Of a DNA stretch of 64,000 bases, positions 17,910-28,369 are shown in pieces. The DNA comes from an uncultured Verrucomicrobiae bacterium (GTDB lineage Bacteria > Verrucomicrobiota > Verrucomicrobiia > Limisphaerales > Palsa-1400): NCBI GenBank assembly GCA_963707025.1, contig CAVPOM010000008.1, positions 1-64,000 of the forward strand. The letters are read 5' to 3'. The notes below the pieces were generated by a model. The model made no database searches and was not told the origin of the DNA. It worked only from the letters and a program-made list of their open reading frames with translations. A program made the position numbers and the translations under genes. The number at the start of each line of letters is the position of its first letter. Positions within the stretch are counted from its first letter, which is position 1.

Positions 17910-18686
17910 TCAAAGTCGGGCGACGGCTGGAAGCCTCGTTCGTGCCAGCGCGGGGTTGGAGGCCTTCCTTCCACCAAACAGGGCCAACTCGAAGACCTTG
18001 AAAAAGCAGTCCACGTCCTGAAATCCTGTCTGGCGAAGCCATTGGCATTGCACCTCCAGCGGCGCAAGAATGTTTTCCTTTTTGTCAGGACGATTGTAGT
18101 AGGTCGCTTCGATTTCTTGCCGGGGTGTGCCGGGTTTCGCGCTCTTGTGGAAACGAATCAGATGATCAACAAACAGGCCGTCAAACAGATCCTCGCCTGC
18201 GCGCGTTGCCGAGGCGACGTGCTCAAGGTTCAGGAAGACGCCTCCCGGAGCGAGAATGCCATGAATCTCGGCATAAAGCGCCTTCTTGCGGCCATCTGCC
18301 TGATGGTGGATGGCGAACCCCGAAACCACGACATCGAAGGGGCCTTTGTCCGCCACGGCGTCCAACCAGGAAGGATCTGAGAAATCTGCCTTGAGGACAG
18401 TCGCTCTCGATGAGTTTGCGAGCTTGGCCCGAACTGCCGCGAGCATGGGGTCCGAAAAGTCAGTGAAGGTCACACGAACGCTTGGGAACTTCTCCAGCAA
18501 CATGCGACCCAGAATGCCGTCGCCACACCCAACATCGAGGATTCGTGAAGGCCGGGGGATCCACAGTTCCACGATCTTCCCCATGACCTCCAGTTGAAGG
18601 TCGGCCCCCGGAATGGCACCACGCACCCCCTGAAGAAAAGCTGTGGCCAGTTCTTCTGTCTGCCATTGGCTCTTTGATTCAGTCAT
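17910..18686 (-). CDS. Class I SAM-dependent methyltransferase (CmoA-like)
   Basis: ILDVGCGDG, DVVVSGFAIHH, PGGVFLNLE. Confidence 0.9.
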   Translation of the reverse strand: MTESKSQWQTEELATAFLQGVRGAIPGADLQLEVMGKIVELWIPRPSRILDVGCGDGILGRMLLEKFPSVRVTFTDFSDPMLAAVRAKLANSSRATVLKADFSDPSWLDAVADKGPFDVVVSGFAIHHQADGRKKALYAEIHGILAPGGVFLNLEHVASATRAGEDLFDGLFVDHLIRFHKSAKPGTPRQEIEATYYNRPDKKENILAPLEVQCQWLRQTGFQDVDCFFKVFELALFGGRKASNPALARTRLPAVARL

Positions 18687-18844
18687 TCTGTGTCTTCAAC
18701 AATTACCCGAGTCGGCAATGTTGTCGCGTTCTTTCGAGTGAAGCCATTGGAGCCGCCGCCCGAGCAACCATAACGAAGGCGGCCCTGCTCACTCGATTCG
18801 CTCCGGGATGATCGGCGAAGAAAACCCGCAGATAGAACCAGCCC

Positions 18845-19126
18845 TTATTTCTTCACATGCCCGGAGACCAGCTTCGTCATCTCAAACATGCTGACCTGCT
18901 TCTTGCCGTTGAACACGGCTTTCAGCGCCTCGTCAGCATTGATGAGGGTCTTCTTTTTTGCATCCTGCAACCCGTTCTTGCGGATGTAAGCCCAAAGCTT
19001 TTTCGTCAACTCCGTCCGTGGAAGGGATTTGTCGCCAATTATTTTGGCGAGGGCCTCGTCCGGCGTGACCGGTTTCATGAATGCCGCGTTCGGTGTTCTT
19101 TTTGCCTTTTTTAGTGTTTTAGCCAT
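18845..19126 (-). CDS. Stand-alone SWIB/MDM2 domain protein
   Basis: PRTELTKKLWAYIRKNGLQD...INADEAL...VSMFEM. Confidence 0.92.
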   Translation of the reverse strand: MAKTLKKAKRTPNAAFMKPVTPDEALAKIIGDKSLPRTELTKKLWAYIRKNGLQDAKKKTLINADEALKAVFNGKKQVSMFEMTKLVSGHVKK

Positions 19127-19263
19127 GCCTTCATCTGCCCGGTTGATGCGCGGAAGGCAATCTTAATATTCTGGTACCAGGGAGAAGCAAAAGCATTATC
19201 CGCCTTTGGAAATCCAACTTCGCCTTCGCCCAAACTCAGTCTTGGTGCTAATGTTGATCCGCC

Positions 19264-19700
19264 ATGAACATTCATTCCAGCAGCCGTCCGCATTTATTTG
19301 AGCCGATGACCATCAAATCCGTCACGTTGCGCAACTGCATCGGCGTGTCGCCCATGTGCGAGTACCTCTTCGGTGGACGGCGCGGCGACGGATTGGCACC
19401 TGGTGCATCTGGGATCGCGCGCGGTGGGTGGGGCGGGGTCGGTCGTGGCCGAAGCCAGCGCGGTTTCGCCGGAAGGCCGGATCACACCGGGCGATGCCGG
19501 CATCTGGGCGGAAAAGCACGTCGAGCCGGTGGCCCGCATCAATCGTTTTCTGAAAGAGCATGGGGCGGTGCCGGGGATTCAGATCGCGCACGCGGGCCGC
19601 AAAGCCTCCGCCGCGCGCCCATGGGAAGGGGGCGCCCATCTGGCGGACCAGGACGGCGGCTGGCCAATCATTGCCCCCAGCCCGCTGGCCTTTGGCGGTG
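19264..19700 (+). pseudogene. NADH:flavin oxidoreductase (NamA/OYE), frameshifted and truncated
   Basis: LRN.IGVSPMCEY; extra C at 19366; IQIAHAGRKAS; homology is lost after APSPLAF. Confidence 0.85.
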
Positions 19701-20011
19701 ACTCCGCGCGGGGACTGGCGGGCCCGAGCGACGCGGAAGCGCGCACGTGGCTGGATGAAGCTGGGAGTGTACCAGAATAAAGGGGCGCCGCCGCCATCCT
19801 CCGGGATGAGATCCGCGGCCGGGATGGCGGCCCTCTTCAAGGCTGGACGCTGCACAGGGGGGATTATTGCAGCAGTGGACCAATCGCTCTTCCCAGCCCT
19901 TCGGCAGCACCATCGTGCCTAGCCGAAGAATTCCGTCGCGCGCCCAGATAAAATTTGCTCCGCAAAATTCAATTGATGAAAAAGGGGGAAAGCTGTAATT
20001 TGGAGATGAAG

Positions 20012-20614
20012 ATGACATTAGAGACAATTAATGATGAGGAATTAGCTGCGAAACGCGCCGAACCCGCCCCTGCTCGGGCTTTACTGCCTCGTATTGCAGG
20101 ACAGCATTTGTCATCCTTGCGCCGGAAAATTCTAAAATTGTCCGGCGATCAACCGGCCTCGGCCTGCCTCAGGCAGCTGGCGGTAAACCGCGGGTGCCGA
20201 CATTACGAAAGCACGTTTGAGCCGCCTTCCTTTTTGCCAACGGGCCTGGCAACCCTGACGAATGAGGAGTTGGCTGTTGCCCTCTGTTTAATAGATAACG
20301 ACAACTATCCCTTAAACGTCAGAATTGCAGCTCAATTAATAGGAGCAAAGGGCGTGTCGGCAGAGAAACTTGCGCTGTTGGCCGAAAAAGAGCGCTGCAC
20401 CCCGGTAATCGCGCATATAGCCAATGCCGGTAAGAAAGTGGAGCCAACAAATCCTTTTTGGTCGGATGTCCTAAAGCACTTGCCCAAAAGAAATCTCAGT
20501 TTTCCTCCACGGCTGCCCCATTGGACCCGATTTGTCAGCATGACAGGAATCACAAGACAGGGGGGCAATCACACAGAATGGTTACGCCCAACGTTTTCAT
20601 CCAAATCAAATTAA
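20012..20614 (+). CDS. Conserved hypothetical protein
   Basis: GGAG RBS; NEELAVAL...EPTNPFW...LPHWTRFVSMTG motif. Confidence 0.65.
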   Translation: MTLETINDEELAAKRAEPAPARALLPRIAGQHLSSLRRKILKLSGDQPASACLRQLAVNRGCRHYESTFEPPSFLPTGLATLTNEELAVALCLIDNDNYPLNVRIAAQLIGAKGVSAEKLALLAEKERCTPVIAHIANAGKKVEPTNPFWSDVLKHLPKRNLSFPPRLPHWTRFVSMTGITRQGGNHTEWLRPTFSSKSN

Positions 20615-21451
20615 CAGAGCTTCCTGCTCCAACCCAGCGTTGTGACGATCAATCAGTTCGACGACTTGGCGAACTGCAGGCAATTCCGATCGGCGCAGTC
20701 GAGCGAGCATGGCCTGGCTGTTGATTCGATTGAGCAATTTGCTATTGGAAAAGCGGGCAAAGCGCAACTCTAAATCGGCGGGCAAATGGAGGGCAATGCG
20801 TTGCCCCAACTCCGAGTGCAGCCGCTGAAATTCGGACAAGCCGGCCGGGTCATAATCCGGCAGATGCAGCACCCTAAAGTTGAGATCGGTTGTGGCAACC
20901 AGCCACCGCAAGGCGCGATTGGAAATCCTCCCGTGACCGTAAATCACCGCGTCCGCGACGAGATTGAGTCGCTCGGCAGATGCGAACATTGCCGGGTTTT
21001 CCACCAGTATGCACGGGCCGCTCAACCGATACGGACTGTCCGGCGTCAGGACAAAGGAGAAAACGCCATGTGCGGCGGTGGCCGCGGCCGCGCCGACAGG
21101 CCTGCCAGCCTTCAATAATGCCTCATCCCGCCACACGCGCAGTGAGATAATCTCATTTCCGGTGTTCGCCATTGCCTTCGAATCTCGGAATCAACCCACG
21201 CTCATGACACGGCTTTCGATACCGGCTGGCAGCGCAACCTCCGGGAAGCGCTGGCGGCAAAAGTCACTCAGTGCGCCGGCATCGTTGACGACAAGCCGAC
21301 GCCCCGCGCCACTGCGCTTCCAAGCCAGCACTGCCGCATCGAAAAGCGGCGCCAGGAGCTTTAAGAATGCCCTGCCGCATTGGCTCGCGGGCAATGCCCC
21401 GTTTTTCATCAACTCGCGCAGCCTGATTTGTGCCTGAGCTTGGAGTTTCAT
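20606..21451 (-). pseudogene. jetD: JetD/MksG-like TOPRIM nuclease with in-frame TGA at 21191-21193
   Basis: VG*FRDSK read-through joins the two ORFs; ILVEN, YGHG, HLPDYDPAGL TOPRIM motifs; ATGA overlap with the SMC gene. Confidence 0.8.
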
Positions 21452-24189
21452 TGCTTGGCGGCGGGGGACATGCGTTTGACGCTCACGCGATGCTTGTGGC
21501 GCAGAACGATCCGACCCTTTTGTGGCTGAAGGAAGTACAACGTATCCACTTCGCTGACGGCTTCAGGCGCAGCGGTTATGGCTATGAAACCAAGTTGCCG
21601 GGCGGTGCGCAGAATGGCCTCGCGATTGGCCGGATCCAGCGTTTGAATTTCATCAAGGAAAAAGGGCACGGCACAATCATCACGCCGCAATTGATCTTTC
21701 AACAAAAGGAGGTTGAAGAGCACTTTGATCGCCATGGTCGTGCCATCCGACTCGATTTGCCGGAAGTTGTGGTAGGTGTGGCGCTGGTCGTCCGCACCGG
21801 TCACAGTAAAACCGAGGGTGAACAGATCGGCGAACCGGATCACCGGGTTGTCCTGAATCTTTCGGCGGAAATTGGCGATGGCTGATTCCTGTTGCGGATC
21901 GTTATCGAACAGACCGCCCGGTTCAAATGCCGCCAAGCGTTTGATCCAACTCACCATGTCGTTTTGCTCCTCGACTTCCAGCTTGACGGCTTTAAGGTTG
22001 GACACCTGAACCTTGGCGAAAGCCCGATTTAGATTTGTGGCCGCGCTACGGACGTGGTCGAGGCTCCTTAACACCAGGGCGAAAGTTGCCTTCAGCCCGT
22101 GAATATGAGCATTCCAATCCCGCGCGAGCGCGTCCTCTTTTTCGGCTAATGCCTCGAATTCCGCCTGCAAGGCCCCGACGCTCTCGGATTCGTTTTCACC
22201 ACGAAACTCGTCTCCGAACCACTGTTCGGTCTGAATCAGCAAATTTGCGATTTCGGTGGATAAATCCGTCTGCAAATCCTGCTGCCTGACGAACAACGCG
22301 ATGGCAGCGTCGAAGTCGTCCGGAATGCCCTCCGCCACCCGGGTTTTGACCGCGAATTCCGGGAAGATACATTGATTGAAATTTCCCATGACTTTGTTGA
22401 AATCGTCCTCCCGCCTCCTGATTGCGTTTTCCTCCCCCGCTTGGGCTTTCTTAGCATCGTCCAGTTGCGCCCCGAGCTTGGCGATGCGTTCATTTGCCGC
22501 GGTAATGCTGTCTTCAATCTTCTTCAACTCGGCGCGCTGGCGCGGTTCATCGGCTTTTTTTCTTTGATATTCCTCGAAGCGAAACAGTCTTCGCTCCTTT
22601 CCCTCAACAAGAACCTGGCCGTCGTTTCCGGTCTTGCCTTCAACCTCCTCACGCCGTGACTTGAGCTGGTCCTCAAGAGTTTTGCGTTGTTCGATAGCGG
22701 TGAGGATTTCTTTCCAGCGCTTGAGCGTGGTTTGATATTCGGCCAGTTGCTCGCGAGCGGTATCCAAGTTCTCGAGGCCCGCCAGCGGTTCGCCACCCTT
22801 GGGCAATGGAAATGAAATGGCGGCGTCCCCATAGATTCCGTCTCGCATTCTCCCCAGCAGGCCCCGCAAGGTGGCGATTATTTCCTCCCGTCGCGAAATA
22901 ACGGCACCATTCTTGCCCAGCGGCATCTCCAATAGATCGCGATTAAGGACGCGAAAAACAAGGTTGAGTTCGTCGTCGCTGAAATGCTTGCGAAGCTCGG
23001 TGACGGCAAGGTGATCAAATCGTGCGATGACCTGCTCCTTTTGCTTCACGAAGCCGCCGAAGACATTGACGTTGCGCCTGGCCTTGTCGAGCGATTCGCT
23101 CTCGGCGTTATCAAGCCGAATTTCCAGCTTGCGGATTTCCTGCTTGAGGTTGGCAATCGCAGTCCGTTCCAATTCGTCTGGAAATGCGGCGAATTCCTTG
23201 TCGAGCGCCTTCAAATCGTCGAGCGGCTTTTCCAACTTGCCCTTCTCAACTGAGAAGTCGTTCACATCTTTCCGCCGATCGGTCAGTTCCTCATCGAGTT
23301 CTTTGACCTTCCGCTCACACGATGTTTTTTCCTCATGGAGCTTGGCGACAATCTCCTCGTGCTCCCTTTCAAACGTCTGCCGCTTCGTGCGCAGGTCTGT
23401 CCAACGCCAAACCAATTCTCCACGGGCCGTTTCGCGTTCGGCAAACTTGTTCACGAGCCGTTCCACAAGTGACTGGTGCTTTTTGAATTTCAATAACTGG
23501 TCGCGACGCGCGCGGATGCGGTCGTAATCTTCGCCGAATAATTCCCGCGCGTCGAATGCCGCTCGAGCGGTCGGGATGTCCGCCAGCATCAGCAGGCGAT
23601 CGCGCATCTGCTCTTGAGTGATGGCGCTCAACGTGAGCAGGTTTTTCAATGTCTCGCGGAAATGATGATATTTGTCGCTGTCGCGCAACGCCACGATGCC
23701 GAGGCCGCGCCCATCGCCGTTGACAGCGGGCAGAAGCAACTCCCTTTGCTCCTGCGCGTTTTTGATGACGCGGAATTGTTTTAGCGCCAAACCAGCGTTC
23801 ACGTCGCGCGGCTCGCGGACCTGATTTTTCGCGTCGAGAAAATCGGCGGCGACAAATGGACCGGCGTAAAAAAATCGCTCCGGGTCGCCGCCGCAGGTTT
23901 TACTTTGGCCGCGCCAACCGACGACGCACTGGCCGGTCGCACTGAGGCACTCGAAGAGGATGTAGCTGTATTGGCTTGGAAAGTAGAAATCCCGCGTTTG
24001 CTCCGCAGTGTAAGACCCGAAGTCCATGTGCCGGCGGTCATCGAGGTAGAGAAACTGGAGTGTGTTGATCAGCGTGGTTTTACCGGTGTTATTTGGACCG
24101 ACAATTTGCAGCGCCCCCGCCAACTCCACTTCGGCGTATTCATAACGGCCAGAGCGGATGAGTATGAGTCTTTGGGGGCCAGTGGACAT
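21448..24189 (-). CDS. mksB: SMC-like ATPase (MksB/JetC)
   Basis: GPNNTGKT Walker A, long coiled coils, ESDGTT signature, FFLDE Walker B. Confidence 0.9.
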   Translation of the reverse strand: MSTGPQRLILIRSGRYEYAEVELAGALQIVGPNNTGKTTLINTLQFLYLDDRRHMDFGSYTAEQTRDFYFPSQYSYILFECLSATGQCVVGWRGQSKTCGGDPERFFYAGPFVAADFLDAKNQVREPRDVNAGLALKQFRVIKNAQEQRELLLPAVNGDGRGLGIVALRDSDKYHHFRETLKNLLTLSAITQEQMRDRLLMLADIPTARAAFDARELFGEDYDRIRARRDQLLKFKKHQSLVERLVNKFAERETARGELVWRWTDLRTKRQTFEREHEEIVAKLHEEKTSCERKVKELDEELTDRRKDVNDFSVEKGKLEKPLDDLKALDKEFAAFPDELERTAIANLKQEIRKLEIRLDNAESESLDKARRNVNVFGGFVKQKEQVIARFDHLAVTELRKHFSDDELNLVFRVLNRDLLEMPLGKNGAVISRREEIIATLRGLLGRMRDGIYGDAAISFPLPKGGEPLAGLENLDTAREQLAEYQTTLKRWKEILTAIEQRKTLEDQLKSRREEVEGKTGNDGQVLVEGKERRLFRFEEYQRKKADEPRQRAELKKIEDSITAANERIAKLGAQLDDAKKAQAGEENAIRRREDDFNKVMGNFNQCIFPEFAVKTRVAEGIPDDFDAAIALFVRQQDLQTDLSTEIANLLIQTEQWFGDEFRGENESESVGALQAEFEALAEKEDALARDWNAHIHGLKATFALVLRSLDHVRSAATNLNRAFAKVQVSNLKAVKLEVEEQNDMVSWIKRLAAFEPGGLFDNDPQQESAIANFRRKIQDNPVIRFADLFTLGFTVTGADDQRHTYHNFRQIESDGTTMAIKVLFNLLLLKDQLRRDDCAVPFFLDEIQTLDPANREAILRTARQLGFIAITAAPEAVSEVDTLYFLQPQKGRIVLRHKHRVSVKRMSPAAKQ

Positions 24190-24191
24190 GA

Positions 24192-24791
24192 TTATGCGTT
24201 CGTAACCGTGGGAGCGGCAAAGCTGCGATTGTCCGCAGCGGAAGGATCGTGAGATTCGGCGCCGCCGCCGACACCGCCCTGTGCGGCGTGCGCGACCTCA
24301 AGACACTTCGAGAATACCCGGTGAAATGGGCGGAGAAAGCGAAATTCATCTTCGCCCAGAAATTTGACCCAACCGATGCGTTCCATGTGCTTGAGCAACG
24401 TTTTCAAATCCGGCATGTCATGAACTTCCACCTGCCGGAGCAACGCAGTATAGCGGTCCAGAGTGAAATGCGGCAGCGCCGCGACCAGAAAGTTCGGGCC
24501 AAAGATGAATTCCTCCATCGGCCGGCCTTGGTTGGCGGCGTAGTCAATAATGATGTAGGAGAACACGGCGATGCGCGGCAGAGTTTCAGGCACCGTCTCC
24601 GGGTTCTCCGGCTCGAAATAAAAGAATTCCCGCTCGTGACGAACGAGCACCAGGCCGATCGCGGCAAAGTAGCTGGCATATTCATCAAACCGCGCGCACA
24701 ACACGGAAAATTCCGGCTCATCGTCCGGACCGAGATGATATCCCCGTTTCAGGCGGTCAAAAAGGGTCGTTAGATGAGGAAGTTCGTTCAT
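24192..24791 (-). CDS. mksE: KITE subunit (MksE/JetB)
   Basis: LFDRLKRGYHL...YF..IGL.L......FFYF...FRFLRPFHR; operon position. Confidence 0.82.
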   Translation of the reverse strand: MNELPHLTTLFDRLKRGYHLGPDDEPEFSVLCARFDEYASYFAAIGLVLVRHEREFFYFEPENPETVPETLPRIAVFSYIIIDYAANQGRPMEEFIFGPNFLVAALPHFTLDRYTALLRQVEVHDMPDLKTLLKHMERIGWVKFLGEDEFRFLRPFHRVFSKCLEVAHAAQGGVGGGAESHDPSAADNRSFAAPTVTNA

Positions 24792-26011
24792 GTGGAAGTC
24801 AACGTGAGGGGCGACGCTTTAATTTCGCCGTCCCGAGTTTGGTAAACGCGCGGTGTTTGCTCGGTGAAAGCGGCGCGAAAGTCTCGATGAAACACCAACC
24901 CGCCAAACCCCGCCAGCACGTCCGACGTGTCCCGATCAGGTTGCTTGGTCACCAGCCAGTTCAGCAAATCCTCCACCGGCAAATCAGCGCGCACCAGGTC
25001 GGGCAGCGAATCCAGCCACATCAGCCTGAGCAGTGCGCCGGGGTCTTCCTCCTCAGTGGAGAATTCCAAAACGGGCGGCGGCTCGGGCGGGTGTTCGATG
25101 ACACGGCGCAAGGCTGATAAAATTGCCGCGTCGCCCGGCACATTTTGGAAACGCGACACGGCTATGCTGATTAGATACTCATTGCCCCACTTCGACAATC
25201 CGTCCGTTTGGAGCTTTTCCAACGCGCGGGCCGCGCCTTCGGCGATAAAGCTCGATCGGCGCAACGATTCATAAAGAGGCTGAATCTCCTTGCGGCATTG
25301 GGTGAAGACCCTCAGTCCGTGCGAAGCCAATAGGCGCAGAAAACGCAGATTGCGGGTGAGTGCGGGATGGTCGTTGAATAAAGCCTCTTCCCTCGCGCGG
25401 TGCAGCAGCCTTTCGGTCTCGTCAAAGGTGGCGCGCAACGGCCCATCGGCCCGCACGATCTCAATCATTGGCTCTACATAACGTTCCATCCAGTGAACAA
25501 TGCGCTGATACTTCTCCCGCACCGAAACCCGGGCGCGCTCGGTCTTATAGCGCGCGACTTCGCCAAGAATTGCGTGTTGCGTCTCGTCCAGATCCGCATG
25601 GATGCGGCGCAATGTCTGGCTGATTTCTTCGAAGGCGAGCTTGACGTGTTGAACGTCTTCCTCATCCAGGGCGCGGGCCAGGCGCTTGCCGGTCGTCTCC
25701 AGCGACAGGACATAGCCGCGGATCATCTCCGGAGTCGCAGGGTTCGCCTCGTTGAACAGGTACATCAGCAGCCGCGCCACCGGATCAGCCATGAAGAGCA
25801 TTTCACTGCCCGGTTCGGTCGGAACGAGAATTTGCAGCTCTCGCAAACGCCGCCACGCCGTTTCCGGCAATTCCTCTCCGACGCCGGGATTTGCGCGGAT
25901 CAATCTCATTGCCTCCGCTTCGGAAATCTCTCCACCGCGTTCGGCCAGCGCACGCAACAACGACGCGTGGTTGGCGCAGAAACCGAAGAAACTCTGCGGA
26001 TTGATTTTCAT
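24788..26011 (-). CDS. mksF: Kleisin subunit (MksF/JetA)
   Basis: 407 aa, helical; SVREKYQRI..W.E.YVEPM motif; first gene of the four-gene operon. Confidence 0.8.
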   Translation of the reverse strand: MKINPQSFFGFCANHASLLRALAERGGEISEAEAMRLIRANPGVGEELPETAWRRLRELQILVPTEPGSEMLFMADPVARLLMYLFNEANPATPEMIRGYVLSLETTGKRLARALDEEDVQHVKLAFEEISQTLRRIHADLDETQHAILGEVARYKTERARVSVREKYQRIVHWMERYVEPMIEIVRADGPLRATFDETERLLHRAREEALFNDHPALTRNLRFLRLLASHGLRVFTQCRKEIQPLYESLRRSSFIAEGAARALEKLQTDGLSKWGNEYLISIAVSRFQNVPGDAAILSALRRVIEHPPEPPPVLEFSTEEEDPGALLRLMWLDSLPDLVRADLPVEDLLNWLVTKQPDRDTSDVLAGFGGLVFHRDFRAAFTEQTPRVYQTRDGEIKASPLTLTST

Positions 26012-26536
26012 GCATGGCAGGGCGACCTCTTTTCATGGTCACGATGCCTGTATGAATTCTGCCCATTTCTCACTGAATTGGAAAGCCTGCAAAAAGAATG
26101 GTCAGCAATGCCGACACACCGCGATACTTGACCTTGCTGCAAACCAGAGGTGAACAAAGTGCTGCAAGCGGCCGAGGGATATGGAGGGTACCCCAGCGAA
26201 CCGTGCAAGAGCGTTGATCCGAAGATGGTGATCGAACTGTAGTTCTCTCCCGTTGCACCGCAAGCGTCTGGACCATCATGCGCTACAGCCAGATCGCTGG
26301 CTCGATTTTGGAATTGGCTTCCCCGTCTGCCGCACCCCGATGCCCCAGTGGAAATGCGGACACGTCAACTTCTCGGTCAAATCTTCTGCATACCAACGAT
26401 CAAACATATTCATATTCAGACGCGGAATCTAAAGTCCACTTCAGAGATGGTTTTTCAGCAGATTTCGTGGAGGCAGAATCTGCGCTCCGTGCGAAAAAGC
26501 GCGCCAGAAACCATCAGCGCAAAAATATGGGCTGGT

Positions 26537-27613
26537 CTATGCCACCTTGGGGATTTCGGTTTCCATTTCGAGCGTGAGAATTTTGCCGCTCTTCTCCGCC
26601 CGGCGCGTTGCCTCCTCATATTCCTCCAGCGACGGCAATTGCTTCTGGGCCTTCTTGGCGTAGGCGCGGTGGACCATTTTCGAATTCTGCCCGAGCACGC
26701 GCTGGGCGTAGCGTTCGGGGTAACCGTTGTCGGCGGAGCGCTCGGCCCAGGCATACCGGTAGGAGTGCAGCGTCACGCCGGTGATGCCCAACCCCTCGCA
26801 ACGCTGTTTGAATTCCGTGGAGCGGTGTCCCTCCCGAATGTTAATGAGATAGGGAAACAGCGGACCCTGGCGCGGTCGGCGCAGGATGACCTTCCAGGCC
26901 TTGGGGCCGATGCGGCAGCCGCTCAGACTGGATGTTTTCAGGCGCTCGTAGGAAAAGCCGCGCCGCTTGTAATCCAAATCCCCGGCCTGCAACGAGGCGA
27001 TGTCTGATTGTGATCCGCCGAAATACCAGCACAGTTCATAAAAATCCCGGCGCTCGGGATTGCTTTCCCGCTCCAGGATCCGCTGGTGTTCGTCCCGGGA
27101 GATGCCCCGCTGGTCTTTGTATGCAACCTTGGGGAACAACCGCTTGGGCAAGACCCGCTTGGGCAGCCAATCCATGTCCACCGCGTAATTCTGAAAACGG
27201 CGGAGGTACATGTTTGTGCTGACCGTTCCGGCGCGCAGCACTTCCAGGAAATCCGCCGCCTGGGTCTCGACCAGCACCTTGCCTTCGATCAGCTTGTAGG
27301 CGGGGTCCTTGAGGGCGGTCAGGTAACGTTTGAGGGTGGGGCCTTCCTTGTCCTTGATGATATCGTCCATGACGAACCGCCATGTGCGGGTGGCCACGCC
27401 GGGGTCGGTGGCGGACAGGTAAACCATGCCCATGCGGCGGTTGATTTGAGGCTGGCGGACCGCTTCGTTTTTGGCGTGGACCAGGCGCCCGGCCTCAGCC
27501 TCGTCCTTGGTGCGGAGGCTCTTGCGCTCTCCGGTGTTGGTGTCCTCGCAGTAAAAGGTGCCGCCGCGGCTGCCCACCTTCACGCTTCTGAATCTGTTTT
27601 TCACAACTGTCAT
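26537..27613 (-). CDS. Tyrosine recombinase / integrase
   Basis: TLHSYRYAWAER...LGQNSKMVHRAY catalytic region; N-terminal arm-binding-like domain; adjacent to an att site. Confidence 0.88.
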   Translation of the reverse strand: MTVVKNRFRSVKVGSRGGTFYCEDTNTGERKSLRTKDEAEAGRLVHAKNEAVRQPQINRRMGMVYLSATDPGVATRTWRFVMDDIIKDKEGPTLKRYLTALKDPAYKLIEGKVLVETQAADFLEVLRAGTVSTNMYLRRFQNYAVDMDWLPKRVLPKRLFPKVAYKDQRGISRDEHQRILERESNPERRDFYELCWYFGGSQSDIASLQAGDLDYKRRGFSYERLKTSSLSGCRIGPKAWKVILRRPRQGPLFPYLINIREGHRSTEFKQRCEGLGITGVTLHSYRYAWAERSADNGYPERYAQRVLGQNSKMVHRAYAKKAQKQLPSLEEYEEATRRAEKSGKILTLEMETEIPKVA

Positions 27614-27709
27614 GCTCCTATCAGCATAACAGCCCTAATTCCAACGACATAACAGGCAGTGGGCGCCTACGCGCCCAGAGGTTGCGTCTTCACCCTGAGT
27701 AGCTCCTCA

Positions 27710-27731
27710 GGTATGCGTTTTGGTGTGCGTT
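27710..27731 (+). repeat. GGT(A/G)TGCGTT x2, 12-bp period, putative arm-type site
   Basis: Copies at 27710-27719 and 27722-27731. Confidence 0.45.
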
Positions 27732-27789
27732 GGGCCATTTTGGCCCCCCTCGCCGCCGAATCTCCGAGGGTCCCAGAGGGAAATCGGAA

Positions 27790-27810
27790 TGGAGGCGGGG
27801 GTCGGAATTG
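27790..27810 (-). other. att core: duplicated 3' end of tRNA-Cys
   Basis: Minus strand CAATTCCGACCCCCGCCTCCA gives the T-arm 3' half, acceptor strand, U73 and CCA. No 5' tRNA half upstream. Confidence 0.75.
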
Positions 27811-27911
27811 CACGGTTTTCCCCCCGTGGCCTGATTTCGCTAACGCCAGAACTCCCGTATAACACCCGCATACATGTTCCAAACTATGCTTGTACTCAAC
27901 TTGTACTAACT

Positions 27912-27955
27912 TGCTGGCATTTTTGCTGGCACTTCTGCTGGCACCTTTGCTGGCA
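27912..27955 (+). repeat. TGCTGGCA x4, 12-bp period, putative integrase arm-type sites
   Basis: Copies at 27912, 27924, 27936 and 27948, about 100 bp from the att core. Confidence 0.7.
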
Positions 27956-28369
27956 GTTCCAGGGGCAGGAAGGTGTTCTGCCGCATCAATAGAATTCATC
28001 CGTGTCACTGAAAAGATGACGCCGTTGAGTATCGTTCCGGGGCCGGATTGTTCCGATTTCACCGGGGCGGCGGCGGGGAGGCGCTCAAGATTCTCGACGC
28101 TCATGCTCTGTAAATAAGAGCTACGATGATGGGCATTTCGTGGATTGGATGTTTTGGCTGATCTTCTCACACCAATGCCGCTTAAGCATTTCATCGAGAA
28201 CAAACGGCGTCGAGATGGAAGAGCCTATTGGTTGCCGGGAGGTGTGGGGTTGAGTTTCACCCGGAACCACAGGATACGGATAGCTGTGGCGGCGAGTCCC
28301 CCAGAGTGGGCGTTTCTCGCTCCAGCAATGGAAACGGACATGGAGGGGGTGGAGGAGGTTTTGCCCAGT

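Noticed and set aside
17860..17965. attC site on the minus strand after the methyltransferase
   Set aside because: It has a left-arm-like start (TCCAAC...GCTG...GAAC) but no convincing GTTRRRY end.
19789..19831. Hairpin GCCGCCATCC / GGATGGCGGC as ncRNA or terminator
   Set aside because: Single copy with no U-tract; at most a REP-like remnant.
21191..21193. Selenocysteine or recoded TGA in jetD
   Set aside because: The position is not Cys-like, and TGA is used as a normal stop throughout the window.
26537..27613. Integron integrase for the attC array
   Set aside because: It lacks recognisable IntI motifs and sits at a tRNA-derived att site like an island integrase.
27740..27870. Intact tRNA gene
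   Set aside because: Only the last 21 nt match; the upstream sequence cannot form the acceptor, D or anticodon arms.
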